64,000 nt of DNA from a virus, in IMG/VR virus record IMGVR_UViG_3300013117_000371, one strand, 5' to 3'. The translations under genes were made by a program, and so were the position numbers. Shown here one piece after another: positions 26,029-35,700 of the stretch. Below the pieces are notes generated by a model. It worked only from the letters and a program-made list of their open reading frames with translations, made no database searches and was not told the DNA's origin. Every line of letters starts with the position of its first letter. The first letter of the stretch is position 1.

Positions 26029-26591
26029 TGGCAATAGGGTTCAAGTCAACCGAAGAGCTACGAGCTATCCGGGAACGCAAGAAGGCTGCAGTGGACAGGG
26101 CCTTCGGCGACTGGGAGGCCCGGAAGTTACCGCTATTCCAGTTGCCTGAAAGGGAGTATCCCCAAATCCCGGAGAACATCACTGATTGGCCCAACCCTGA
26201 ATTAGAGCAACTCATGGCGATAATGAGGATTTGGGACGCCTACATTGCGGAGCGGATGGTGGAGGCGAAGACGATCAAGAACACATGGGAGGCCACTAAG
26301 AGAGCGGTTGAGTCCCGGGTCATTCACGAGCTCAGGTTGGCCTACGGAGAGTCCCTGGAGAAGCGACGAGTAGCGGTGAGAGCCAACGTCGACTATATGG
26401 AAGCGGACGAGCGGTACGAAAGTGCTTGTCACGCCTTCAGCATGCTGGAGATGCGGCACAAGCAAATCTCCCGGGACCTGGCGGTGGTGTCTCGCATTGT
26501 GGAGTTGCGAAAGTTGGAGCAGCGAGGTAGGGGGTCCGGGGAGGACTACCCTTCCGACATTAACGAAGGCGACCGGTATGCGGAGGACTGA
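26028..26591 (+). CDS. Helical protein, possibly UvsY-like recombination mediator
   Basis: All-helical; V..N.DY....E.Y...SRIVELRK C-terminal pattern; located in the recombination cluster. Confidence 0.45.
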   Translation: MAIGFKSTEELRAIRERKKAAVDRAFGDWEARKLPLFQLPEREYPQIPENITDWPNPELEQLMAIMRIWDAYIAERMVEAKTIKNTWEATKRAVESRVIHELRLAYGESLEKRRVAVRANVDYMEADERYESACHAFSMLEMRHKQISRDLAVVSRIVELRKLEQRGRGSGEDYPSDINEGDRYAED

Positions 26592-27682
26592 TGAGACGCG
26601 TAACCACTCACTCTGAACTGGTGTGTGTTGCCCGTGCTCGGGGGTACTGTGTCGATTTGGATATGAGCCCCTTCGACTTAACGGAGCTCATTGAGGGCAC
26701 TGGCGCCGACCCGCCCATGTCGGTTCTTGACCAACGAAGGATGCGCATTTTCCGGGTCATTCGGACCTTCAAGGACCGGGTAGAGCTCGACTGCCCCGGC
26801 GATTGCTATCGTTGTCCAGCGGCGCAACTGGTGCGGTGTTGGATTTTGAGTAGGGAGACAGTAGAGACGTTTGAAAGCCATTTAACGACGGAGGAATGGG
26901 AGATGGCAGAACACCAGCTGTATACGCGAAAAGAACTGGAAGCACTGGAGCAGGGGGATCTCTACCGCATCGGCGCCGTGGAGGCGAAGATCCCCCGGTT
27001 CGACGTCTACTCCATGCCCAAGGAGGAGATCATCCTGAAAATTCTGGAGGCGCGGGGCGCCCCCGGTGAAGTCGACAAGGCCCCTGAAGAGCCCAAAGGC
27101 AAAAAGGGCGGCCCCAAGAAGAAAGCTCCGCCCAAGAAGAAGAAGGGGGGGGAGCCCGCAGCTACGGGGGAGCCAGCAGACGCAGAGGAGTCGGCCGGAG
27201 CGCCCAAGAAGGCAACACGGAAACAGAAGTCTGCGGGCAAGAAGGCCCCGCCCAAGAAGAAAGCTCCCCCCTCAGCGCCCCCCACTGCCGAAGGCACGGA
27301 GGGGGGAGAGCAGCCGGAGAGCGAAGCGCCTACGCCGAAGTACGACAAGGGCGATCCTCTGCATGCCTTTGAGGACGCTGAGCCCGCTGCGCTGATTCAC
27401 GCAGCCTTGCTCAAGATGGTGGCCAAAATGGGCGGCACCGCTGGGGCAGCCGAAGAAGTAGCCTTCCTGCGGGAGCAGGTCATGCAGCTCGTCGCCCGGG
27501 TACAGGCCTTGGAGGAAGCTGAAAGGAAGGCAGTCGCAGCGATCGACTTGTTGGTCGACAAGGTGATGGCGGGCTTTGTCGATGTCCAGACCATCCTAGA
27601 GAATTACCTGGACTTGGACGACGTCGAGGGGGAGGGCCCTTTCGCCCGCCTGAAGGACGTCGCCGACCGGTACCGGGAGTAA
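26591..27682 (+). CDS. Hypothetical protein with N-terminal Cys cluster, Lys/Pro/Ala-rich linker and C-terminal coiled coil
   Basis: CPGDCYRC...C; repeated KKAPPKKK; acidic helical C-terminus. Confidence 0.8.
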   Translation: MRRVTTHSELVCVARARGYCVDLDMSPFDLTELIEGTGADPPMSVLDQRRMRIFRVIRTFKDRVELDCPGDCYRCPAAQLVRCWILSRETVETFESHLTTEEWEMAEHQLYTRKELEALEQGDLYRIGAVEAKIPRFDVYSMPKEEIILKILEARGAPGEVDKAPEEPKGKKGGPKKKAPPKKKKGGEPAATGEPADAEESAGAPKKATRKQKSAGKKAPPKKKAPPSAPPTAEGTEGGEQPESEAPTPKYDKGDPLHAFEDAEPAALIHAALLKMVAKMGGTAGAAEEVAFLREQVMQLVARVQALEEAERKAVAAIDLLVDKVMAGFVDVQTILENYLDLDDVEGEGPFARLKDVADRYRE

Positions 27683-27803
27683 CTCCCACGGTACTTATCG
27701 AAGAGCCGGAAGACATCATCGCCCACATGCGGGAGTTGGGGTTTTCCGGCTCTCCTACTGACTTGATCGAGATTGCCGCTGAGCTGTCAATTACGGAGGA
27801 CGA

Positions 27804-29231
27804 ATGAGTTACCCGTTTGACTTGAAACTTGAGGACTACATCAGGGCATCCTACCCCATTATTGTGGTTGAGACATTCGACCCTCTGTATACAGAGGACC
27901 GAATTACCCGAATTGCTGACAGGTTGGGGAAGGGGGCCACCGTGGAAGTGCAGGACTTGATAGGCCTCAAGGGCCAGGTGGTGAAGTACGTGGATACACT
28001 TCCGGACACGAAAGGGAAGTGGAGCATTATTGTTCTGCGGAATATGCACTTCTTCCTCCAGGACAAGTCGTTCCTGCAAGCGCTCCACAACTTCGTCCGG
28101 AAAGTGCGTGAGAAGGACAAGCCCTGCATTCTCATTGGGACTTGCCCTACCATTGAGGAATTGCCGGCGGAGATCGGCCGTGAAGCTGTCGTCGTCCGGG
28201 ACAGACTCCCCGAAGAGGAGGACCTTTTGGGCTTTGCCGGGGCCCTGGCCCTCGAGTACGGAGGCAAGGTGGAGATCCCCCAGTCGGCGCTGCCCGAAGT
28301 GGCCAAGGTTGGCCGAGGTATGACCTTCAGCGAGTTCAAGCGGGCATTCAAGCTCTCCCTGGTCAAGACCAAGGGGCTGGACCCAGCTTTGTTTGCCGAG
28401 GTCAAGAAGCAGATCCTCCGGCAGTCTGCAGCGTTGTCTTTGTACCAACCGTTGCCGACGGACAAAATGGATGACCTGGCCGGCATGGAGAGTCTGAAGT
28501 TCTTCATGGTCAGAACGGAAGGGAAGATCCGGGGCGTGCTGATTATGGGGCCTCCAGGTACCGGCAAGACGCACTTCGCCAAATCCCTGGCTCGAAAGTT
28601 GGGCATTCCACTCATCATCCTGGACGTGGGCAGCCTGTTCCACGGAATTGTCGGGTCCTCCGAGGCCCGAATGCGCCGCATGGTGGCCATTGTGGAGGCC
28701 TTTGGGCGCTGTTTGCTGTTGGTAGACGAAATCGAGAAGGGTTTCTCCGGCCTCGGTGGAAGTGGCTCTACTGATGGGGGTACCACGCAGAGGACCTTGT
28801 CCAAGTTCCTCACCTGGTTGTCCGACCGGAGGAGCCTGGACGCATGCGTGATTGCTACGTGCAACGCCATGAGTTTACCCCCCGAGTACATTCGGGCCGG
28901 CAGGTTCTCCACCATCTTCTACCTGGGCTTGCCCAACCAGAAGGTGAGGGACAAGGCGTGGGAGATTCACAAGCGCAACTTCGGTATCGAGGAGGAGGGG
29001 CACCCGCCTGATGAGGGGTGGAGTGGTGCAGAAATCTTTCAATGCTGTGAGAATGCCAAGGCCATGAATGTGTCTTTGGCCGAAGCAGCAGGCTACACAG
29101 TGAGGGTTTCCCGAGTCTCCAAGGCACAGCTTGAAGAGCTCAGGCGCTTCGCTGACGAGGCAGGACTGGTCCCGGCCGACGACCCGGACGAGGATGACGA
29201 GGACACCTCCTCCATAGTGGTGGACGCATGA
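27804..29231 (+). CDS. AAA+ ATPase, Ycf46-like
   Basis: IRASYPIIVVET N-terminus, Walker A GPPGTGKT, Walker B LLLVDEIEKG, DGGT..R.L..FLTW, SRH LPPEYIRAGRF. Confidence 0.9.
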   Translation: MSYPFDLKLEDYIRASYPIIVVETFDPLYTEDRITRIADRLGKGATVEVQDLIGLKGQVVKYVDTLPDTKGKWSIIVLRNMHFFLQDKSFLQALHNFVRKVREKDKPCILIGTCPTIEELPAEIGREAVVVRDRLPEEEDLLGFAGALALEYGGKVEIPQSALPEVAKVGRGMTFSEFKRAFKLSLVKTKGLDPALFAEVKKQILRQSAALSLYQPLPTDKMDDLAGMESLKFFMVRTEGKIRGVLIMGPPGTGKTHFAKSLARKLGIPLIILDVGSLFHGIVGSSEARMRRMVAIVEAFGRCLLLVDEIEKGFSGLGGSGSTDGGTTQRTLSKFLTWLSDRRSLDACVIATCNAMSLPPEYIRAGRFSTIFYLGLPNQKVRDKAWEIHKRNFGIEEEGHPPDEGWSGAEIFQCCENAKAMNVSLAEAAGYTVRVSRVSKAQLEELRRFADEAGLVPADDPDEDDEDTSSIVVDA

Positions 29232-29611
29232 GCCACGCCGTGGAGATGGAGTTCAAACCGGAAAGCCTCGAGTTGCTGGAGAGGGCTTGCCAGAAGGTAG
29301 GGTTCACATACTGCCAAGGCAAGTCTACCATCCGCACGCTGCACAACGACACTGCCGCCGAGCGGGGCTTCAAGCATGACCAGGTGGCAGTCATCGAAGT
29401 CCCCGGTGTCCCTTGGGACATAGGCGTCCAAGAAGTGGAGGGGAAGCATCGACTCGTCGGTGATGAGTACATGACCAAGTGGGTCAATCAAGTCGCCGAC
29501 CAGTACCACGTGGAGGCCGCCCTGGTGTACGCTGAGGAGATGGGGTATGAGGCAACAATCGAAACCCAACCCGACGGCGCCATCGAGGTGGTCATGGTGC
29601 AGTACGAATGA
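29228..29611 (+). CDS. DUF1257 (Ycf35-like) protein
   Basis: MSH...L..AC..VG...DIG......LVGD.Y...Q.Y...GY pattern; ATGA-coupled to the AAA gene. Confidence 0.8.
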   Translation: MSHAVEMEFKPESLELLERACQKVGFTYCQGKSTIRTLHNDTAAERGFKHDQVAVIEVPGVPWDIGVQEVEGKHRLVGDEYMTKWVNQVADQYHVEAALVYAEEMGYEATIETQPDGAIEVVMVQYE

Positions 29612-29802
29612 AAACCATCAAGATGAGGATCAAGAATGGGCGATGCCACATTGAAACTGACGGTTTCACCAGGGGCGAGTGCCTCGAAGCGACGGCCCCG
29701 CTCAAGCAGCTCATCGGCGAAGAAGCCGAGGAGCCCAAACTCAAAGATGAGTACTTCCAGGAAGAGGTTACTGAGGACGCTCTCGAATACGAGGAGTTCT
29801 GA
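29608..29802 (+). CDS. DUF2997 family protein
   Basis: 64 aa; I...G...IET.GF..G.C.EAT..L..L.G....K.EYF pattern; ATGA-coupled. Confidence 0.8.
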   Translation: MKTIKMRIKNGRCHIETDGFTRGECLEATAPLKQLIGEEAEEPKLKDEYFQEEVTEDALEYEEF

Positions 29803-29938
29803 CTTTCGCTTCACCCTCCGAGGCGGCAGGGTGGTATCCTCATGGTGGACCCCCGGGCTAGACAGGTTTTTGGCCTACCTGGGGGTCCCCGAAGGGGACG
29901 TCAACCGCAACCCTTGGTGCGGGTAACGGAGGTAAGAG

Positions 29939-30796
29939 ATGGAACCAGCAACAAGATTCAACGTCGAGGCGTTGTTCTCAAGCGCCACACTTGTGTGGCT
30001 CAGGATCAGCGTATGGACAGCAAAAAAGGATCTCCCGAAAGGAGGAGACAAACGACGCGGGAAGCACGTCTTCCTGGTCGACAAGAAATGGCTCAAGGGG
30101 ATAACCCGCGTGGAGCGGGCGGCCCGGGACTTCCTGCAAGAGAAAGGGGGACGGTCCCCCACCGGGTCCGGGTACCTCATAGATAACGAGATCCTTCCGG
30201 AGGTGATGCAGCGACTGGAGGACTTCCAAGAGGAGTTCTTGGACGCTGTCGACGACTTTGTCGAGGAGGAATTCGACAGCGCCCTGGTGGAATCCCGAGA
30301 GGAGCTGACAGCCGAAGAGCTCGAGCTCATGCCGGCTAAGACAGCCCTCCCTCGAAAATTCGGGTTCCGTTACGGGCGTATCATCTTCGCTCTCCCCTCC
30401 ATGGGTGCTGCCGAAACGCAGGCCAGTATCGACAATATGGAGGAGTGGGCAACCAACAACACCAATGGGCTCCTGTTGAGGGGGTACGAGCGACTGCGCC
30501 ACGCCGAGAGCATTTTCGGCAACACCAAACGGAGGCTTTATGCTTCCGTGATTGGTCAAGTTCTGGCCTGGTGCGAGGAGTACGCAACGAAGCGGAGTAT
30601 CCTGTGGGGAATTCCCCCGGGCTTGTTGTCCATTGTAAACGACACTGACCAGAAGTTCCGGGGCCTCAATTTGGCGGCCCTACGGAAAGACGAGGGAAAG
30701 CGTCTCGACGCTTCTCAGCTCGTCAAATCTCTGGCCGACAGATTGGAGCCCCTGTTGCCCTCCGGCGACGACGTGGCTCTCGAGGAGGAACGGTGA
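29939..30796 (+). CDS. DUF3150-like protein
   Basis: LV.L.IS.WTAKK.L...K.L.DKK.L..I......R..L......GYLI...L..L...F pattern; SD GGAGGT. Confidence 0.65.
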   Translation: MEPATRFNVEALFSSATLVWLRISVWTAKKDLPKGGDKRRGKHVFLVDKKWLKGITRVERAARDFLQEKGGRSPTGSGYLIDNEILPEVMQRLEDFQEEFLDAVDDFVEEEFDSALVESREELTAEELELMPAKTALPRKFGFRYGRIIFALPSMGAAETQASIDNMEEWATNNTNGLLLRGYERLRHAESIFGNTKRRLYASVIGQVLAWCEEYATKRSILWGIPPGLLSIVNDTDQKFRGLNLAALRKDEGKRLDASQLVKSLADRLEPLLPSGDDVALEEER

Positions 30797-31302
30797 GCGC
30801 ATTGAAACCTGAAGAACTGAAACAGATCCGTGAGGAGGTATTGCAGATCACGGTGACTGCTATGGCGGGGCTCCTCGGAGTACCCCGGGCTACCTACCGG
30901 AAGTACGAAAAGGGGGACTTCCCCATCCCTGACGACTTGGCGGAGCGCATCGACCAGATCGTAGCCGAGGAGAAGGCGGGCGGGGGGCTTGACTCCCCCA
31001 CCGACTCACCCCCCCGGAAGCCCGCTCCCAAGAGGAAGAAGGCGAAGACGCCTTCACCGCCCGAACCGCAGGCGCCGGAACCGGAAAAGGAAGAGGAAGC
31101 GCCTGCCAAGTCGGCGGAGTCCCCCCGGAAAAAGCCGGAACCCGCTCCCGTGAGTGAGGAGCCGTCCCTGCTGGTAAAGGAATCTGCCCTGAGCATCCGG
31201 GAGCTCATACAAACAACGGAGACACAAACAGGGCTGGCCCAGCTCGTGCGGCTGCTTTCTTCGGGGAAGAAGGTCCGCATTGAAATCTCCCTGGTGGATT
31301 GA
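30793..31302 (+). CDS. XRE-family helix-turn-helix regulator with Pro/Lys/Glu-rich C-terminal linker
   Basis: LKQIREEVLQITVTAMAGLLGVPRATYRKYEKG; GTGA coupling. Confidence 0.85.
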   Translation: MSALKPEELKQIREEVLQITVTAMAGLLGVPRATYRKYEKGDFPIPDDLAERIDQIVAEEKAGGGLDSPTDSPPRKPAPKRKKAKTPSPPEPQAPEPEKEEEAPAKSAESPRKKPEPAPVSEEPSLLVKESALSIRELIQTTETQTGLAQLVRLLSSGKKVRIEISLVD

Positions 31303-31685
31303 TGGGAGTCACCGTCGTCGACATCTGCTTTGACCAAGTGGACATCTACTCAATTCAGAAAGGGACCACCCGAAAAGCGGAGCTCCCGGCAAGGTTCGAC
31401 TCCCCGGAGCGGGCGGTGGACTTCGCTGAGGCGGTGGGGCAAGCCATGGAGGCGGCTATAGAGCACGTTGGGGACACCGGGCTGATCGCAATCGACGTGA
31501 CCCACCCGTGGAACCGCGGAGCGATCTGCGCTGCCGTAGCTGCCGCCCCCAGCCTCTGGTCAGAGGTCGGCTACCTGTACTACAACGCCCGGGAGGACCC
31601 GGACAAAGTGACGGAGGAAGGAGATGAACGCGGGAAAAGACTCCACGACCACTACCTCAGGACCCTTGCTGAGCAAAACGGCTGA
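31302..31685 (+). CDS. Hypothetical protein (127 aa)
   Basis: TGATG coupling. Confidence 0.7.
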   Translation: MGVTVVDICFDQVDIYSIQKGTTRKAELPARFDSPERAVDFAEAVGQAMEAAIEHVGDTGLIAIDVTHPWNRGAICAAVAAAPSLWSEVGYLYYNAREDPDKVTEEGDERGKRLHDHYLRTLAEQNG

Positions 31686-32679
31686 GGTTTTGGCGGAAAT
31701 GCTGAAGGAGGATACGGGGACACCCTTCTTGGACTCCGGAGGCACCCAGCAACCCGACGGGACATTCCTGCACGGCTATGGCCGCCATTGGCAACGCAAC
31801 CAGGGGCGGGACTTCGAGCAGGAGCGGTGGGCGGGGGTCCACTTCAGGTATGGTGAAGTCAACTTCACCTACTCCATCTACCACTGGCTTAAGGAGCGGC
31901 TCGTGTTCAATGAGGAACTGGACGCAAACTTCCACGCCTTCTGCGAGCTCAGGGAGAACCAGCACCACGTCCCGAGCGGGGGTTTCCGACAGCAGCCGGT
32001 GACCTGGTTGGAGTGCATGAGGAGGTACATGCCCCACCTTGCCGAGTCCCGCCCGGAGGACCCCCCGCAGGGCATCTACGGGGACGGGGAGCCCATGCTC
32101 ATCTACACCTACAACCATGAGAACCTCCTCTCCCAGGACATCCAGTTCATGTACTGGGAGGACGATGATGGGGGGCACGTTCTACTGCAAGTGCACGGAG
32201 GGTGTGACGCTAGAGGGGGCTTGACCAAGCCCCGGGCGTTCGACATCACCCTGTGCGACGCAGTGAGCTTCCTCGACTACGCCGACGCCCGCATCGGGTG
32301 TAGCCACGACTGGAACCACCACTGGTACTCAGAGAGTGGGTACTACTGGACCGGGGACGATGTCTTCGACCTCAGCGGGTACGGGCGGGACGACGAAGAT
32401 GTCCCCATTGTCAACATCGAGGAGCTCTTGGAGGGCGAGCACGGATGGGCGAAATTCGCCGGTGACCACCCCCTGAAGAGTTCCGCAGAGGCGCTGTTCG
32501 GTATCTACCGTGAACGGGCGGTCCCTCCCGAAGGCGCCTGCAGGGACGGGCAAGCCTTCATGGCTGCTTTCCTGGGGCTGGTGGAGGTCTTGTTGGTCAT
32601 CCAACCGAAAACCATCTACACAACTGCCGAAGGCATGGGCGCCTGCCCGGTTTGCGGCAAAGGAATCCTCACTCCCTGA
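31624..32679 (+). CDS. Hypothetical acidic protein (FLDSG...YGRHWQRNQ)
   Basis: Long protein-like ORF with C-terminal CPVC; start uncertain (ATG 31624 overlaps the upstream gene by 62 nt). Confidence 0.8.
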   Translation: MNAGKDSTTTTSGPLLSKTAEVLAEMLKEDTGTPFLDSGGTQQPDGTFLHGYGRHWQRNQGRDFEQERWAGVHFRYGEVNFTYSIYHWLKERLVFNEELDANFHAFCELRENQHHVPSGGFRQQPVTWLECMRRYMPHLAESRPEDPPQGIYGDGEPMLIYTYNHENLLSQDIQFMYWEDDDGGHVLLQVHGGCDARGGLTKPRAFDITLCDAVSFLDYADARIGCSHDWNHHWYSESGYYWTGDDVFDLSGYGRDDEDVPIVNIEELLEGEHGWAKFAGDHPLKSSAEALFGIYRERAVPPEGACRDGQAFMAAFLGLVEVLLVIQPKTIYTTAEGMGACPVCGKGILTP

Positions 32680-32711
32680 CTCGCTATTGCTCAGGGTGGG
32701 TTTGAGGACCC

Positions 32712-32748
32712 GGGAGGGGGGGTTTTGGCATGGCCCCCCTCCCCTTTT
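32712..32748 (+). terminator. Intrinsic terminator at the convergence of the two gene blocks
   Basis: 10-bp stem GGGAGGGGGG/CCCCCCTCCC (32712-32721/32734-32743) followed by CTTTT. Confidence 0.75.
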
Positions 32749-32762
32749 CCTTTAGCTTCGAC

Positions 32763-35700
32763 TTACGGGAAGTCTACATCTTCTTCATGGTACCAGTCTG
32801 CGTAGGACGTCGTCAGGGGGATCGGGAGGGAGAACCGCTGAGAGACTTCGATAGCTTCGTACTCGGCGTGGTGGAGCCACACAATCATATCCGGTGAGAC
32901 CACCCCGCAGTACGACTCCAGCCAGATCTTGAGGCGGGTGCTCCCCAGGAGGGCTGGGACGGCAGCGCTCACGACCCCCACTGCGGGTATGACGCCGTTG
33001 GGGTCAAACACTACAACAGCGCTATTACCCGCTCCTGGGTAGGTGGCTTTGGCTTCCCCCAAAATGGGGAACGTTCCTAATTTTCTGTCCCCTGTGCCGA
33101 TTTCGTCGTACCACACGTACAGGAAGTCTCCCTTCGGGATCTGTGATCGGCGCAGAGAAAGAAGTGGATAGGTCCCACCAAGGGGGACGTTACCCCACAC
33201 GGCGAAAGGATTGGCAATGACCCCCAAGGAAGTAAGGGTCGGATCAAAGGCCAAGTTGAACACGACGACCCTCGCTCCCTCGTAGTTGTTCCAAAAGGCG
33301 TCTATATGGTCCCCTACTGCACGAATAGTAGTGGAGGGGAACCACACAGGGTACGAAGGACCAGCGTCACGGCCCAACCGGCTGTGGGGGAGGGTGAGGC
33401 CGGCCAGGCAATCCCGACCACCTGGGTTGTTGACGTCAGTCACCGCCCACGTTGCCTCAGCCGCAGTCAGGAGACTTCCCGAAGCTGCGTCGTACAAGTT
33501 GTACATCCAGGGCAACGCTGGGTCTTCCGGGTTCACCCCCGCCCAATCGTCCGGGTAGTGGCACACTAAAGTTTTTTCGGTCTTCAGGTCGTCATACCCT
33601 GACCGTTTCGTGAGCCCTCGGGCCACCCCGAACACGCCAATGTGCCGCATAGGGGAGGTCTCGACAAAGCCCTCCCGTTCAATGAATACTCGAAAAGTGG
33701 CTGAGGTCAGGTTCTCAGTGGGTGGGGGGACTACATTTACCGGGTCGTCTCTGGCGGAAAACTCCCACCACACGTTCTGCAATAAGGAACCCGGCACCGG
33801 GCGCTCGAAGGGCAAACGGATTACGCTTGTTCCCGTCGACGTATGAGTGTAAGACCACACTTCCTTTGTAGCCATCATGAAGAGGGCGGCCCCATCGGAA
33901 GTAGCGGGCTGCAAAGTGAACTGACCGAACCCATGCCCGGCAAAGTTGGGTTGATTGGCGAAGTACACCAGGGGTTTGACGTAAGACGTCCTGCGAGCAC
34001 CGTCCGGCGCTGCTCGGTTGTCCTCCTCGTACGAACCTGGGAGGTTGGCTTTGAGGTCACCGGTAGTCCAAGGCCACACCAAAGTGTTCTCCGCCCCTGC
34101 CGCCAACAGGCCAAGCTCGATTGGGTGCGATCCCGCAATAGTGCCGTCCCAAAAGTCTGGGTGGCCGTACCCCACTACGGAAAAGCTGTCGCTGAAACCT
34201 ACATCGGCATGGTGGACGTGGTTGGTATACAGCCTCAGGAAGAAGTCGCCCCGGTCTGTAGGCACGTAGGGGGAGCCTCCTGCCGAGAAGAGCCCCATGT
34301 ACGCAGCGGGCCACAGGATTGCTTCTTCCATAGCCTTAGTCAGGTCGATGCTGCCGGCTGGGAAGTCCCGGGCGAAGTGCAAGTCCGTCACCCCGTCCAT
34401 GACTTTGGCCCAGTCTCGGGTTACCGGGACGTAGACAACCCAACCATAGGCACCGAGCAGAGCTCCCAGCAAGTCGTAACCCCCCCGGATGTCCAAAGCT
34501 GCGTTGCCGTAGTAGTAGGAAGCGTGGGCATTGTTGTCCGGCGTAGTGAGCGAAGACAGAAAAGACAGGAAGTACCGGTGCGCTCCGTCCTGCCCCCGAA
34601 GGGGGGTGTCCAGCCAGTGCTCCGCCGCCATGTTGAAAATGAGGGGGGAGGAGATCGTCAAGTGGGGGACACCCGCAGCGTTTTCCTCCCACTCGAACCA
34701 AGCCCCTGCGACAGTGTCGGTGATTGTCAGCATAGGTATGACAGCGCCGCCGGCGACGGGAGTGTGCAAAATATAGCCCAAACCGGCGCCGGCAGCCAAC
34801 TCCATGTTCATCCAGTTGACCTGCCCCGAAAGGGCAGCGATGTGCACGGAGAAGTAGCGATCATCCGGAGGCGCTGAAGCGCTGTAGGTGTACGCTGTGC
34901 TGATGTCCTTCCCGATCACTGACCAGTGGTACAAGGACCCCAGTTCCACTCCCAGCGACTCATACCCGGCGATAGGAACACCCTCGGTAAGGTCGGCTAT
35001 GATGGTGCGGACTTGCCCAGAGGCCATCACATCGGCAGTGCGGATATACTCTCCTCCTCGCCGTAGCTGAGTAGCGTCCTGGACGTAGTTCCAATGGATG
35101 ACATACATCTCATCGCCCGTCGCCTGCGCCCCAACGATGTTCTCAAAGTTGATCGTGATCGTCCCTGCAACTACAGCCACCGAAGTGACCATGGAGTACA
35201 TGTTCCGAGTGTTGTTGAAGAACATCCACTCCGTAGGGGTGGCCATCAAGCGAATCAGGTCGTCGTAGTCACCGCTTTGGGTGAACGACACCGACATTGG
35301 CCCTACGACGGTCACTCTCTGCAACGGGAAGCGAATCAAGGGGGACGGGATATTTTGGACTTCGCTGCGCTTGTGGTACCCCGTCATGGCCAGGTTGGGG
35401 ATGAGCCCATCATTCATGATGGTGTGCGTCCACAGATAGCCTTTGGCCTCGTCCCCGGGGGTGAAAGACTCAGATAGGGTAGTACCGCGAGAGATCGTAA
35501 TCGCCCCAGTTGCCGGGACGATGTTGTCGACGTGGTACGTTCCTATTTTGTCCACATCGGTGCATTGGGTAATGGTCAGTAGGACGCACCCATTGTGCCG
35601 TTCGAACTCCCCTTCCCGGAAGACGGTGAGCTCCGGCGCAGTCAAGTTGGTAATGAGGAGCACCCCCCCACCTCCCGCCGTCATCTCCAGGGCAACTCCG

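Noticed and set aside
27680-27766. Stop-codon read-through of 26591..27682 stimulated by the downstream structure
   Set aside because: The zero-frame extension (LPRYLSKSRKTSSPTCGSWGFPALLLT) is not protein-like, whereas the -1 frame is.
27480-28915. Long - strand ORFs (387 aa and 354 aa) opposite the AAA gene, and similar long shadow ORFs such as 10615..11478, 33843..34877, 41049..42092 and 53177..54094
   Set aside because: They lie fully antisense to well-supported genes, show no motifs and are Arg/Pro/Ser/Gly rich, as expected from GC-rich codon bias.
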